Source: Utricularia gibba
Lineage: Eukaryota > Plantae > Magnoliophyta
Direction: 5' to 3'
DNA: 64,000 bases
Assembly: GCA_002189035.1 (NCBI GenBank)
Contig: NEEC01000004.1
Span: forward strand, 2,108,001 to 2,172,000
Below the pieces are notes generated by a model that worked only from the letters and a program-made list of their open reading frames with translations, was not told where the DNA came from and did not search any database. The translations under genes and the position numbers were made by a program. Positions 14,336-26,168 of the stretch are shown here, piece by piece. The stretch's first letter is position 1. The number at the start of each line of letters is the position of its first letter.

Positions 14336-15340
14336 GGGTAAAATATATATTTAATACATGATAATATTAAATCTTGATCCCTCTAATTCTGGGGAACTTG
14401 CACACCGAACCCAACATTGAATGTTACATTCAATATTTAAAAAATTACAATTCACAGTGAAATAATTTTAATTTTTGATGCATCACATTCACCCGCCCCT
14501 GGTATTCATTATGGCTTCCAATCTTTACCCTGAAATTGGTGTATATTAAGTTTCTTCCTTTTTCTTATTTCTCTTTTTAGCCCTCACCATGGATTCTGCA
14601 GCAGCATCTTCACAGTCAATGTCATAATGAAAGGTTCCTAAACAACAACTCTTGGTGCCTCTACACCTAGAAATCATAAAGATTCTTCAACTTCTTTTTG
14701 TAACTACTGGCCCATCGTCTCACCGATATCAGCGAATCGAGCCCATAAGAAGCAGCTTCCTCAAAAAAAAAGTTGTACGTAAGAACAAAGCATGCAAACA
14801 GCTATCGCTTACTATTGAAAACTTATATCGTAGTTATTGTATACCTCTATGAGACCGTATTTGGCTACGGTTTAGCTATATGGTGACAATGAGATATGAT
14901 TTTCACTCTTTAAAGTTGTAGTTTGTTATTTTAGTGTAATGCTAATTTTGTATGAGTTTAGCTATTTTGTTGAATTTTGCTTCCCTTTGGCAAAAGCTAC
15001 TTTGATGCGACCAAACAGACACATGCATATTACGCGTCATTCGACAGAAAAATCGACTCAAATTAAGATTTGTAAATGTAGTGCATCAAGAATTAAGAGG
15101 ATTTGGATGTGAATTGTAAATTTTTTTTAACATTTTGGATGTGACATGTAAAAACATGAAATACATTGAATGTTATATGCAATTTTCCCCTCAAATCCCA
15201 GATATAAAGGATTTGAAATACTTTTTTTTTTTTACCAATTGTTCAACCAAATAACTCTAATCAAGCACATCCTAAGTGTAAGTGTACATATATCTCTTAA
15301 TAACATGGGGATGAGTGCAGACGATCAAGAGGGTAAAATG
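14336..15340. mobile_element. Mutator-like element with long imperfect TIRs and GC-richer internal segment
   Basis: 14439-14483 (aaaaaattacaattcaca...ttaatttttgatgca) is the inverted match of 15082-15127 (tgcatcaagaattaa...tgtgaattgtaaattt). No TSD was identified and the outer ends are approximate. Confidence 0.45.
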
Positions 15341-15396
15341 TGTAATAGACAAGAGAGAAATTAAAACAAAATAAAGCCATGGATGGGTTTATCCGA

Positions 15397-16302
15397 GGAA
15401 ATGAGTGAAATACTCTACTTTTTAAAAACATTTTCATATTACCCTACTTTTTAAATTTATTATTATTTTACCTGAGTTTTTAAATAGAATTAGTAATATA
15501 CCTTATCTTTTGTCATTATTTTTATATTAACTCAATTAAAAGATTAAATGGGTAAATACTTCAACTTTTTTCACTTATATTAACTTTATACAAACTTTGT
15601 AATATTAACATAAATAGAGTTATTTTTTCATTTTATCTTATCTTTATAATTTTTTATATATTTTAGTTTTAATAAATTTATTGGATACATTTTTTGATAT
15701 AGTAATATTATTAAAAATATAATTTATTTTCAGAATTTAAGATTTCAATTGAAGGTTTAAATTAAGTATTTATACTTTAGTAATAGTATGCTATTAGTTT
15801 TTCGAAATTCATGATTATATTTTATAATTTAGTGATTTATGAAAAATATAGTTTATTTTCAGACTTTATAGTTTCAATTGAAGATTTAAATTCAGTATTT
15901 ATATTTTAGTTATAATATAATATTAAGGTTTTCGAAATTTTAGAGATTAAAATAAAGGTAAATAAATTTTATTATTATGATTTAGTTAGTTTAAGGTTAT
16001 AATATCAGATTTTAAGGTTTTAATTCAAGAATATGATTTATATTATTTAACTTTATAATTTGAAATTTAATTTTAGAATTTAAATTTTAAAGATGAAAAT
16101 AAAGATAAATTTCTAATATAGATGAGTATTAAAAATAAATTATTAATAAAAATGTAAACAAAGGTAAAATACAAAGAAAAAGAATAACTAAGGTAAATTG
16201 CCAATAAAAAATGTTAAAAAGGGTAAAAAACAAATGAATTAAAATGTAAAAGGTAAATGAATAATAAATATGTTCTGACAAGGGTATTTAACAAAATCAT
16301 CC
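15397..16302. mobile_element. Degenerate Mutator-type MITE (AT-rich core)
   Basis: Left end ggaaatgagtgaaatactct resembles the reverse complement of the right end agggtatttaacaaaatcatcc. Repeated taccc / gggta subterminal motifs. No TSD. Confidence 0.4.
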
Positions 16303-19300
16303 GTAAATCAACGCACTTGGTCATTAAAAATAACACAAATGAGAGAAATTAGAGCCCTACTGGAGTATTTTTAACAAGCCAAATGCTTTGGAAAAGGGTC
16401 AATGGATTGAATGTTAAGAATATATTTCTCATGAAAAATGCGGAAATTCGAATATTGACAACTCATGGTTTGGACTATGTGCTAAAGTGAGAAACCAACA
16501 ACTTATGAATTCTCACACAATGTTTAGAAACTACTATATGTACATATTATTTTTTATATTAAAAAATATTCAACATATATAATATTATTTGACTTTATGA
16601 AAAAATCATCCGCGCATGGGATTGATACAAATCACTGTTGCTGTGATGGAGAGCTTATCTTGTTACTATTCATGTTGGAAATGATTGTCAAAATAAATTT
16701 TATGAATTGCATGATCATTTCAGAAAATGGATGTTCCAATCAAAGTCAATTTCGAGGAATGCTGGTGGAATTAATTGAAAACCAGTTACTAGAGTTTGAG
16801 ATTTTGGATATGGGTTTCTAATTGGTTTTTCTTACGTGGCCCAAGTTGCAAATGCGCATGACGTCAGCCAAGGAACATGAATATGGGTTTGATGGATGGA
16901 CTACCCAATACCTATTTCCAAAACAAAACTAACTGCTTCTTCTTGTTCCTCTGCCACAAATACCTCACACGTGTTTGGTTTGATGTGAATAAAATCAGTA
17001 TAAATGGATTGATAAAAAATACATATCACCTGGATTTTAAATCAAAACCCATGTAAAAACTCTCATCTGAAAGTATTTCAAAACTCATGTAGTAGAGAGA
17101 TTTAGAAAATAGCCATTACGAATTTACCTTAACCCTATATTTCATTTTGATTTTGGCCTCTTTGAGCTAGACATGCAAAATTCCTGTCAAACACACAGAT
17201 AGTACAGAGAAATATGATAGGAGCTGAAGAATTGTGATTAACATAAGGTTGAAGTAAAAAGGTGTATTTTAATAGCTTGATGCCCACACAACAAAAGAAT
17301 GAAATGCTTTAAATCCTCAATTCTACTTTTGTTTTCTCTTTATAATTTAAAAACGATATAACATTTTGTTGCTAGAATTGTTATTGAGATCACCTAGGGA
17401 TGGTTTGATTTATGTGCTGGGTATTAATCAAGGTTTACTTTATAAATAAATGTAAAAATTTTAAGTGTTTAAAAAGTAATTCATGTTTGATTTACAGGTA
17501 TAATTTATTTGGATTTAAAATTATAAGATGTTTGGTATGTAAGTGGAAAAACGTTAGGTTTGGCTTTTTGTGTAAAATTACAAAATTACCATTTCTTTTT
17601 ACACCATGTGAACAATGCATTAAGCACTTGATAGAACGATATTCGGTGGTGTGTGAAGCTTTTTTCCTTGGCAAGGTTTATCAAGTACCGGATAGAACTG
17701 TATGTGGTGCTACCTGAACCTACAATCATCTTCAAGTTTATTCCAGCACTGAATAGTCCATTAGGCAGTGCTGCCCTAAATTGTACTTAAAAAGCAAGAC
17801 CATATGTACTTTCTAGATCCGTCTGAAAGCACACCATCTTTATACAAACAGTTGCATGTGCAGTTGATACAATATTATTATATGAACACTTGCAAATTAC
17901 TATATAGTTCTTACGATTACCTAAATACTCATTATTTTTATTATATATAGATTTAAATTGATACATTTTTATGCATTAATAATAATATATTTTAAAATTA
18001 TTATTATTATTATAAATTAAAATTATTTTCAAATATATAAAATATCTAATAATAAAAATTTCGTATATTGCATGATCACTTCTTATGTGTATTTTAATAA
18101 AATTAAAATAATAAAATGGGACTATTAATATTTATTAAATTTTTTAGAAAAACTTTTTAGATATATAGTTAATATGCATTCACATCCAATGTGCGCACAT
18201 AATTGAATACTCTTGTTAGTTTAATATGTTTATATACTAGAATTGGCATTCATGTATCTTCCAAAGTAGTCTATTGTTTCTAAAAATTATAAAACATTAT
18301 ACATTATTTTAAAAATTTATCTATATGACAGTATTTAATCTATGAAAATATAAAAATAAATTAAACCGTTTTAATGAATTTTTAACAATTATTTTTGTAA
18401 TTGTACTAATAAATTAATTTTAAAATATAATAAAATTGAATCAAAATATTATTTTAAAAAATACATATAATTGTAGTTTGATATGATATATTTCTTTATT
18501 TTTAATTTATCAAATATATAATATTTTTTATTCATTTTTCTCACTAAAAAAGTGTATTCAACAAATTTATATATAAAAGGGGTATTTATAAAAAATGTTT
18601 GAAAATAAGGATATTCACCAAACCGTCTTTTTGCAGATGGATATTATGCCAAAAAAACCCCGCATTCAACCAACCAGGCCCCCCATAAATGTAAGAAAAC
18701 TATTTCACACAAACTCCAAATTGTTGCAACAGCTTTTTAAGAAAAACCTCAAAATTAGACGACTAAGATTATCCCTAGCCCTGCATGTCAGAAGAGTATT
18801 AATTTTTGGCAAACAACAAATACGAAAAAACAACATACAAACCCTAAGCAAAAGGAGCTTTTCTAAATCAGCGATAGTAATAATAAATGGAAATAATGTA
18901 AAAATTAACTGTTAGATTCATTGCGCATCAGGTATAGTAATAAGTTACATAAAATGTTCAACCCATGACAAAACCCTAATCTAACAAGGAAACAAATTTT
19001 TAATTTGTAACCACAATTAAACCCAAACAATTTACATTCATCTAATATCCATTGCGCATCAAATGCATCCTAATAGCTTATTGATAAAAAAAAAACTTTA
19101 TAAGAAGATTATTCTAATTTCCGAAAACAGTAGGAAGGACATCTTACTAAAGTACCCAATTTTGAGTTGATATTAATCCCATTTTGGAAGATAAAAAGGT
19201 ATTAAAATATATAATTTTATTATAACTCACATTAACTTCATAATGCACAAGAAAATCTATGTTATCAGTTCCTCAAGCATGATTGAATTAAAAGGTGCTT

Positions 19301-19458
19301 TTGGTGGTGTGGCTCCTAATTCTCAACTTTAATAATAAAAGTAATAATAATTTATTCATGCCCAGCTGGAGTTGGCACTTGGGAGTTGTTTTTACACTGC
19401 GCACCCATGTTGAATAGCAGACGATGTGGACTGCTAGAGAAAACAGGAAGATAATTAA

Positions 19459-20400
19459 TTATAGTAGATGTTTTGGAGGCTCATCACTAGCTGTTGTTCC
19501 CTTGTCCTTCTGTCTCAATTCCAAGGCCATTTGTTCGTTCTCCATTTTCATTATCCGGAGTTCCCTCTTCATCACCTCCAGTTCTTTGTCCTCTCTCAGA
19601 CTACTCACCATCCATGCCAGCCGCTGCCTCTCAAGCTCCAGCATCTGATGCTGTATCCAGAGCCTCTTTTGCTCCAATGCGTCGGAGCAGCTGCCGAGCT
19701 GATCATATCCCCTATGCTCCATCATCATAATGTTGGGTCCCGAAGGATCGTTCTCGTGCTTGTGTTTATAATCTGCATCCTCCCTTTTCGACGCAAGGGC
19801 CAATGTCAGCGAATGGCGGAGCTCGGGGTCTGGAGGGAGATTAAGGCAGTTGCCGTTGTGATAGGAACACATCTCTTCGTAGTGCAGATCCTTCTGTCCG
19901 AGGATCCTGCGGACTTCTTGTTTAGCAGTCATGGGCAGGTGATTCAATACGTCTAGCAGAGAGGGGTTCTCGACGACTTCACAACAAGTCCCCTTGCCAA
20001 GTATCTCGTTCAGTCTCCTGTACATGGTGTTGAGATCATTGAACTTGTCCTCGCACTGCTTGGGTGAAACAGAATAGCCCCTTTCAGCCATCACTTTCGA
20101 GATTGGCCTCCAGTGCTCCTTCCTTGGCACTATTTGAACCTCCAGATAGGACACGGCTGTCACCAGCAGCCGAACCATGGCGCCGGACCACTTCATCTCG
20201 CCTGTGGCACGGGCACCTCCTGATGAGCCAGCCATCTTCTGATCATGCTCTCGCAGATGGCTCCCCGGAAAAATGGGAACAGCATTCCCACTGGAATCAG
20301 CAAAAGCTAGTGATGAGCCATGCGCAGGCTGCTGCAGATGATGGTGAAACCTCATTGCACGCAAGTCAATATCTCTATAGGAAGACAAGTTGGCGTCCAT
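19459..20400 (-). CDS. Trihelix transcription factor, GT-gamma subfamily, 313 aa, single coding exon
   Basis: MKWSGAMVRLLVTAVSY..ISKVMAERGYSVSPKQCEDKFNDLN..LNEILGKGTCCEVVENPSLLD..YEEMCSYHNGN matches the GT-gamma consensus as recalled. C-terminal coiled coil (LELERQRLAW..ELEVMKRE..KMENEQMALEL). Confidence 0.9.
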   Translation of the reverse strand: MDANLSSYRDIDLRAMRFHHHLQQPAHGSSLAFADSSGNAVPIFPGSHLREHDQKMAGSSGGARATGEMKWSGAMVRLLVTAVSYLEVQIVPRKEHWRPISKVMAERGYSVSPKQCEDKFNDLNTMYRRLNEILGKGTCCEVVENPSLLDVLNHLPMTAKQEVRRILGQKDLHYEEMCSYHNGNCLNLPPDPELRHSLTLALASKREDADYKHKHENDPSGPNIMMMEHRGYDQLGSCSDALEQKRLWIQHQMLELERQRLAWMVSSLREDKELEVMKRELRIMKMENEQMALELRQKDKGTTASDEPPKHLL

Positions 20401-21288
20401 GGCGCAAGCCTCAAAATCAAACCAAATCCCAAATTCAACACTCCCTGCCTGCTAGGAAACCAGCAAAAGCCATATGCCCCATTTTTTATCAATTACCTCT
20501 TGAAATTAGAATCAAAGACACAAATTTAAGTAAAGAACTCACCAGAACTTCCCCAACAGAATCTAAAACTCGGCAAAGCTAGAAAACAAGGACCCTGGTA
20601 ATCAACCCTTGTTATAGTAGTTGGGTATCACTTTGGACAAGAAATCATAACAACCGAATAAAGCAACTGGGCACCACCTGCCACCCCACTCTGTGCTTCT
20701 GAGGTCATCAAAGTTAAAAAATTTTGGAGTTAGCCCATGTCTCTGTCTCTGAATAGTCATAACAGACAGGGGGTGAAGGCCATTGTTTAGTTTTTTAAAC
20801 CACAGTCAGTAGTTTTATTCTTATCTTATATTTCCCTTCCCGGAGATAAGATTCCTCGTGTTTGGTGGTGGTACGACGTGACCCCCTATACCTTCAAGAC
20901 AGGGGGGTTTTATGACAAAAAGCGAAGTGCATTCAATTTACTACTAACCTGTACTGGTAACGGTTGACGGAAGGAACACGTTGGCACCACTCCCTCCACA
21001 AGAGTGGGGTGGCTCCTTATGCTTCCAAATATTAATAATATTATCATATGTTCTGCAACGTCGATATTTCACAGTCGCAATGACAGTATGCTGATCCATG
21101 GACATATGATTATGATTATAATAAAGTTTAAGAATTACTAATATCATGTCATTATCTAAAAGAGTGGAATATACTTTCAATTCTACAAAATTATTCTTCC
21201 CTTAATAATCTGAGTTTTTAAGCCGTTTTTATTTTTAGAAAGAAATGATTTTAATTTAAATGATTAAAGTTGTTGTGATGGTCATAGG

Positions 21289-21889
21289 TAGACCTGGGCA
21301 TGGGTCGCCACTTGTCGAGTAACGAGTAGGATTCGTCGAGCCATGACTATATTATGACTATAATCAACTTTCACAAGTTGATGGGTTGACAATTTTTGAT
21401 CACCTACTATTTGATTTGACTTGTTATTTATCAACTCGTTAAATTGACTAGAGTATGAAATCATTAATCCAAATTTTATCTTATTTTTTTAAATAATTAT
21501 TCTATTTTTTAATTACTTTTTTATTATATAAAAATATTTTTATTTATATATGATCTATTTAATTATTAAATATTCTATTCTAAAAATATAATAAAATTTT
21601 TATTCCTCCTTTATGATATTTTTTATTAGAGTTAAATAATATAGACGAATTAATTAATATCAAATTATTAATATTAAATAAAAAAATAAAAAAATCTAAA
21701 TTAAGAAATGAATGATTTGGATTATAAATTGTTCATTTTTTAACGAGTTATCCGAGTAATTTGTCGAGTCAAAAATCACTAGACTCATAATTATTTTTCA
21801 TGAGTATGAATAACTAGTACCCATTCCATAAGTCCATATGGGTCGACTCGCAAGTAATCCGAGTTGACTCGTACCCATGTTATGATCTA
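21289..21889. mobile_element. hAT-type MITE
   Basis: Imperfect TIRs tagacctgggcatgggtcg / cgtacccatgttatgatcta. 8-bp TSD gtcatagg (21281-21288) versus atcatagg (21890-21897), 7/8 identical. Repeated tcgag/ctcg subterminal motifs. Confidence 0.75.
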
Positions 21890-22390
21890 ATCATAGGAAA
21901 AGGGTGAAGAGGGTGTAGGTGGTAATATTATATTAAAATTAAGAATTCTATAGATTTAATGAATATATGTAAAATGCAAATAAACAAAAAAACGTAAATT
22001 ATATTAAAAAACTAGATTTAACTAATTACTAATAATCTAACTTTAACTTTTAAAATCAGGATGTGGTATCATTTCTAATAATTCTCATTTCTGGCTTCTG
22101 CTCCATTAAGCTGCCTAGTCGCCGCCGCCGCCGCCGCCGGTTTCAAAGCGCGAGACTCCCGGAAGCATCCGTAGCTCTAACTTCTGATGTAGCATTCTCT
22201 GGCGACCATCTACTTTCACATTTTTTTAAATGGGCAGCTCTCTGCTCCTCCGCCGGCAAGTCAAGCGCAAAGCCGTTTGTGGGCTTCTTCTGCACTTCCT
22301 GAAACCGACCTTTCGCAAACTTCCCTGTATCCCAGCTTCTTTTTCTTGTTCATGCTATGGCCTTTTTCTTGCTACAGTTAACAGTTCCCA

Positions 22391-23382
22391 GGAGTAATTT
22401 GGCAGAATACCCCACTGTAAAAATTTATACCCTGCCTTTTTACTTTTTTTTGTAGAATACACCAACTTTTTGTTTTATTTGTTGAATACCCCTACTTTTC
22501 GTATGAAAAAATAATAAAAAATACATATGAATAATATATGAAAAATAAATACATGCATTTGAAAAAAAAAATTATACAAATATTTTTCAAATAAAATTCA
22601 ATTTATTTTTTTATATTTTCAATTGAATTTATTAATACATTTATAGAAGTATTGTTTTTAAATAATAATCTGATCAATAATTCTATCTTACTATTATATT
22701 TTCAATAAACTTTATAAATTAGGTTACATACAATTTTTTTTTAAATTAAGTAAAGCATAAATCGATTACATAAATTCCACTATAAATCAGATATTAATAA
22801 AATACAATTTAAATAAATAAAATAAAGCTTATCTTACACTTATATGTACATAAATCACATGTAAGAAATTAAATTATAAATATTTATTATTTAATTCATA
22901 TCTACATAATTCATAGTTAAAATAGTATATGATTATACCATGCATTTGTTATAGGTGTTAGTTATGATTATAAGAAAAACATATTTTTATAAAAATATTT
23001 TGATTTTACAATTCATAAAGTATTGAATTAATTTGAAATCAAAATTGAATTCAAAATTAAAACTTTGAATAACAAATATTTATATACAAATATATATGTA
23101 TCTTTAATTACATTTTTAAAAACATTATCTCAAATGATTTTTATTGAATTATTTGTTATTTCTATGTTTATGTTTTTATAATAATTATTTTTTTAATTTT
23201 TTGTTATTATATATATAAAATATTAAATAAATAACATTTATACATCAAAAAATATTTTTTAATATATTTATATACAAAATAATAATAAAAAATCAAAAGA
23301 GGGGTATTTGACCAATACTTTTAGAACCCGGGGTATTCTGCAAAGCTGTTTTTTTACAGTGGGACATTCTGCCAACGAAGCC
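22391..23382. mobile_element. Mutator-type MITE
   Basis: Perfect 9-bp TSD cagttccca (22382-22390 and 23383-23391). TIRs share ttggcagaat..cccactgtaaaaa. Very AT-rich core. Confidence 0.88.
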
Positions 23383-23829
23383 CAGTTCCCAGCTACTTTA
23401 TTTTTGAGTTATTTCAGGAGTTGTTCGGTAATCACTTTTAGCCCCTAAACCCGTGGGCCGTGAGCTACAGTATACGTACTGTAATATACATATTGAATAT
23501 GTAATAGTGTATTACCTAACCGAACTTGCAGCGTTAATCTCATCATTATAATCAAATTCGTAGCATTATTTTTTAAAAAATATTAATATTTTCAATTATT
23601 TATTCTGTTGTTTTTTGATTTTTTAATATTATTTTTTAAAAAATATAACTTAAAGCCAGGGAGGTCAAAATATAATATAGCCAACTAGACTAACAGATCA
23701 TCATGCTGTTATTATAATATATATCATATCATGTATTAGGGTATTATATGTTAAATATGTATTTTCGTACCAAGTGCAGTGCTCTAAAATTTGTGTCTGA
23801 CGTCATCCTGGGAGAAGAATCCTCATTGT

Positions 23830-23985
23830 ATTGAGCCCATGAAATTGAAAAACTGGGCTTATTTTCGGGTACTCATTTCATCGGCCCGCTATACGTAGCC
23901 AGCGGACCGGCCGTGTTCGTGTATGTAATGCTCTATCACTCCCACAGTCCCTGGTAATGTTCTCAGTTGCTGAACCCTAGAACAG
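23830..23985. promoter_or_regulatory. Cluster of site II-like (TCP-type) motifs plus a telo-box-like motif; candidate promoter
   Basis: gagcccat, tgggctt, ggcccg within about 60 nt, and aaccctag near 23975. Function is inferred only. Confidence 0.35.
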
Positions 23986-25800
23986 GCGATGCATTCCAAG
24001 TTTTTTTTTTTTTTTCGTTTTGCTGCAGATGTCTTTGATTATTTCCGAAAAAAAAAGTGCCCGATGATGGAAAAACTATAGTGTTGAAGCACTGCGATGG
24101 TTTCGGATTTATCATTGGTCTTCTGCTCCATCGGCTGGATAATCCGCCGCTTCCACCCACCACAGCCGCCACCTCCTAGTTTTTTTTTTTTTTTTTTTTT
24201 TCCATAAGCATAAAAAAAGCACACACTTTCACTGGAAGTGGCGGGTTTTTCACGGCCAGGTTCGGAAGGCCTTTGATAAACCAATCCATCAGATTTCTAT
24301 TATCCTTGCTGCTCGTGATTCTCAGAAGCTATGAGATCTGAGGGCTTCATTAACAGATCCCACGATATTGAATTTCTGAAATTTTGATGATTCAATTTCC
24401 GCAATTGGTTGTGTTTTTCATGTAATATAAGGCATTATGTTGCTGATTCTTGTTGAGTATTCACATGATAGTAGGTTCAGTGAGATGTTAAATGGAGGAA
24501 ATATGATCCTGGTGTTCCCTGAGATATTGCAGTGGCATTGAGTACTATTATTTCGGTTGACCTTGCGCTTCCTACATAATTTCCCATGTCTTAAGTATCT
24601 GTTGTTTTCTGCTGACTAATCTGGGCAACCATAGTTCATACGGTTTAGAGCTTGTTGATCAAATATGTGAGCATTGTGTAGCCGTTTCGTTTTTTGGTTA
24701 CTCCAATGATGCTTCCTAAAAACGGTAAAGCTTAGTATTGGACCCTGTGTTTCGTTTCCTTTTTGGTTGACCTTGCGCTACGTTTATTGTTAGGCCAGTG
24801 ATGCTTCCAACGATAGCCTCCTTCACCTTCTGTTGTGCCTCTTCTTCATCCGTCTCCTCCCCCATCATCATCTTTCGGTCATTCTCGTTGTGTGATCATT
24901 ATGGTCTTCATTGCCGGATTCAGGATGAATCATGCTGTTATCTTTAGTGTTGTTATTATTGAGTTACTAGTTAATGGTGATACACGGACTTTTGAATGTA
25001 CTGACGCTTGAAGAATCAGGCTTCTGGGGCAGTTTTGCTGATGCTGGTTTTTTCCCCCAGTGTGTATATATGTTCTCACCCTCTTGTAATAGGGTCTCTA
25101 CTATTATGTTCCTTTTATTCAATCCTATCCCCAAGATTATGAAGATAAGCACACTTCCAGCGTTGGTGAGGAAGCCCACATCGGTGGTTGATCATACTGT
25201 TTTGCTCAATGCAAGCTCGAATGCATTATGAGCATGTAATATTGGAAAATGTGCTGTTTTTCACTGTTTTTTGAATACTTATTTGTGTGTGTTTGGAAGA
25301 TGTTGTGTGTGATAACATTAACGAAATCGAGTTTTTGTTCGTTATGACCAGTAGCGAAAAAATAGAAAATTTGGAAGATGTGAGGATCAAGTGGTTCGTC
25401 TAGAGGGAAACGTTGCATAGCCACTAATGTGTTTTTCGGTTCAACCGGTGAAATCAAGATGACATAATGTGGGCCGTTCATTATCCTGTGTCTGGTCCAA
25501 GGCGTGTCCACCGACGCGTCTGGCGTGTGAGAAAAAGTCTTCGGACACTTGGGCCCTCGTTCCATTCCTGTTGTTTATCCTGACTCCCTTTCACTGTGTT
25601 CGGTTTCTTGTTTTACCTTTCTTTCACCCCTCTACAAACCAGTGATGGTTAATACTCAAATCATGCGACTTTCAGTTTGCAGATTAGGATGAAAACGAAC
25701 ATTCTGGGTAATTGAAGTCCGGTAAAATGTGTGGTTTGAATGGGTTTGAGGCTTTCGCTTTCTCATTATATGTGATCACGATTCATCTGCCCCTCCCAGC

Positions 25801-25808
25801 TATAAAAA
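25801..25808 (+). promoter_or_regulatory. Candidate TATA box of the ROH1-like gene
   Basis: tataaaaa followed by a pyrimidine-rich leader and a GTAAGT donor at 25904. Confidence 0.45.
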
Positions 25809-26168
25809 GCCGTGCTGCTTCTGTTTTTTCCCACATCCTCAAAAAGCTATGGGATCTCAAGTGGGTGTGTTGCTTATTTCTTGTTCGCAGTCTATGTGGC
25901 TTCGTAAGTGAAGAAAGCTTGAATCTTGAGATGATTTCGTGCTTTTCATCTGGCTTTTATTGAAACCATCACCGGGACGTTCTGCATTCTGGATGCCTTT
26001 TTTTGCCTGTTGTTACCCTGTGGTTTATCATGAGATTCATTAGAGTTCAGGATGTTTGGTGTGCCGCCTTGCTCAATCGGAAGTCAAGATGAATTATAGT
26101 TTGTGATCTTGCTCTGTTGTTGAGTGCTTCTGATCATAGGCAAGGGAGGAGTGTGTTCAATCTGCAAG

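Noticed and set aside
17560-18240. Minus-strand open stretch (LPNGLFSAGINLK...) and a possible Helitron 3' hairpin
   Set aside because: No recognisable protein, and the hairpin/CTAG spacing does not fit a clear Helitron end.
19424-20582. Plus-strand ORFs of 162 and 172 aa over the GT-gamma gene
   Set aside because: Antisense shadow ORFs. The minus strand explains the composition.
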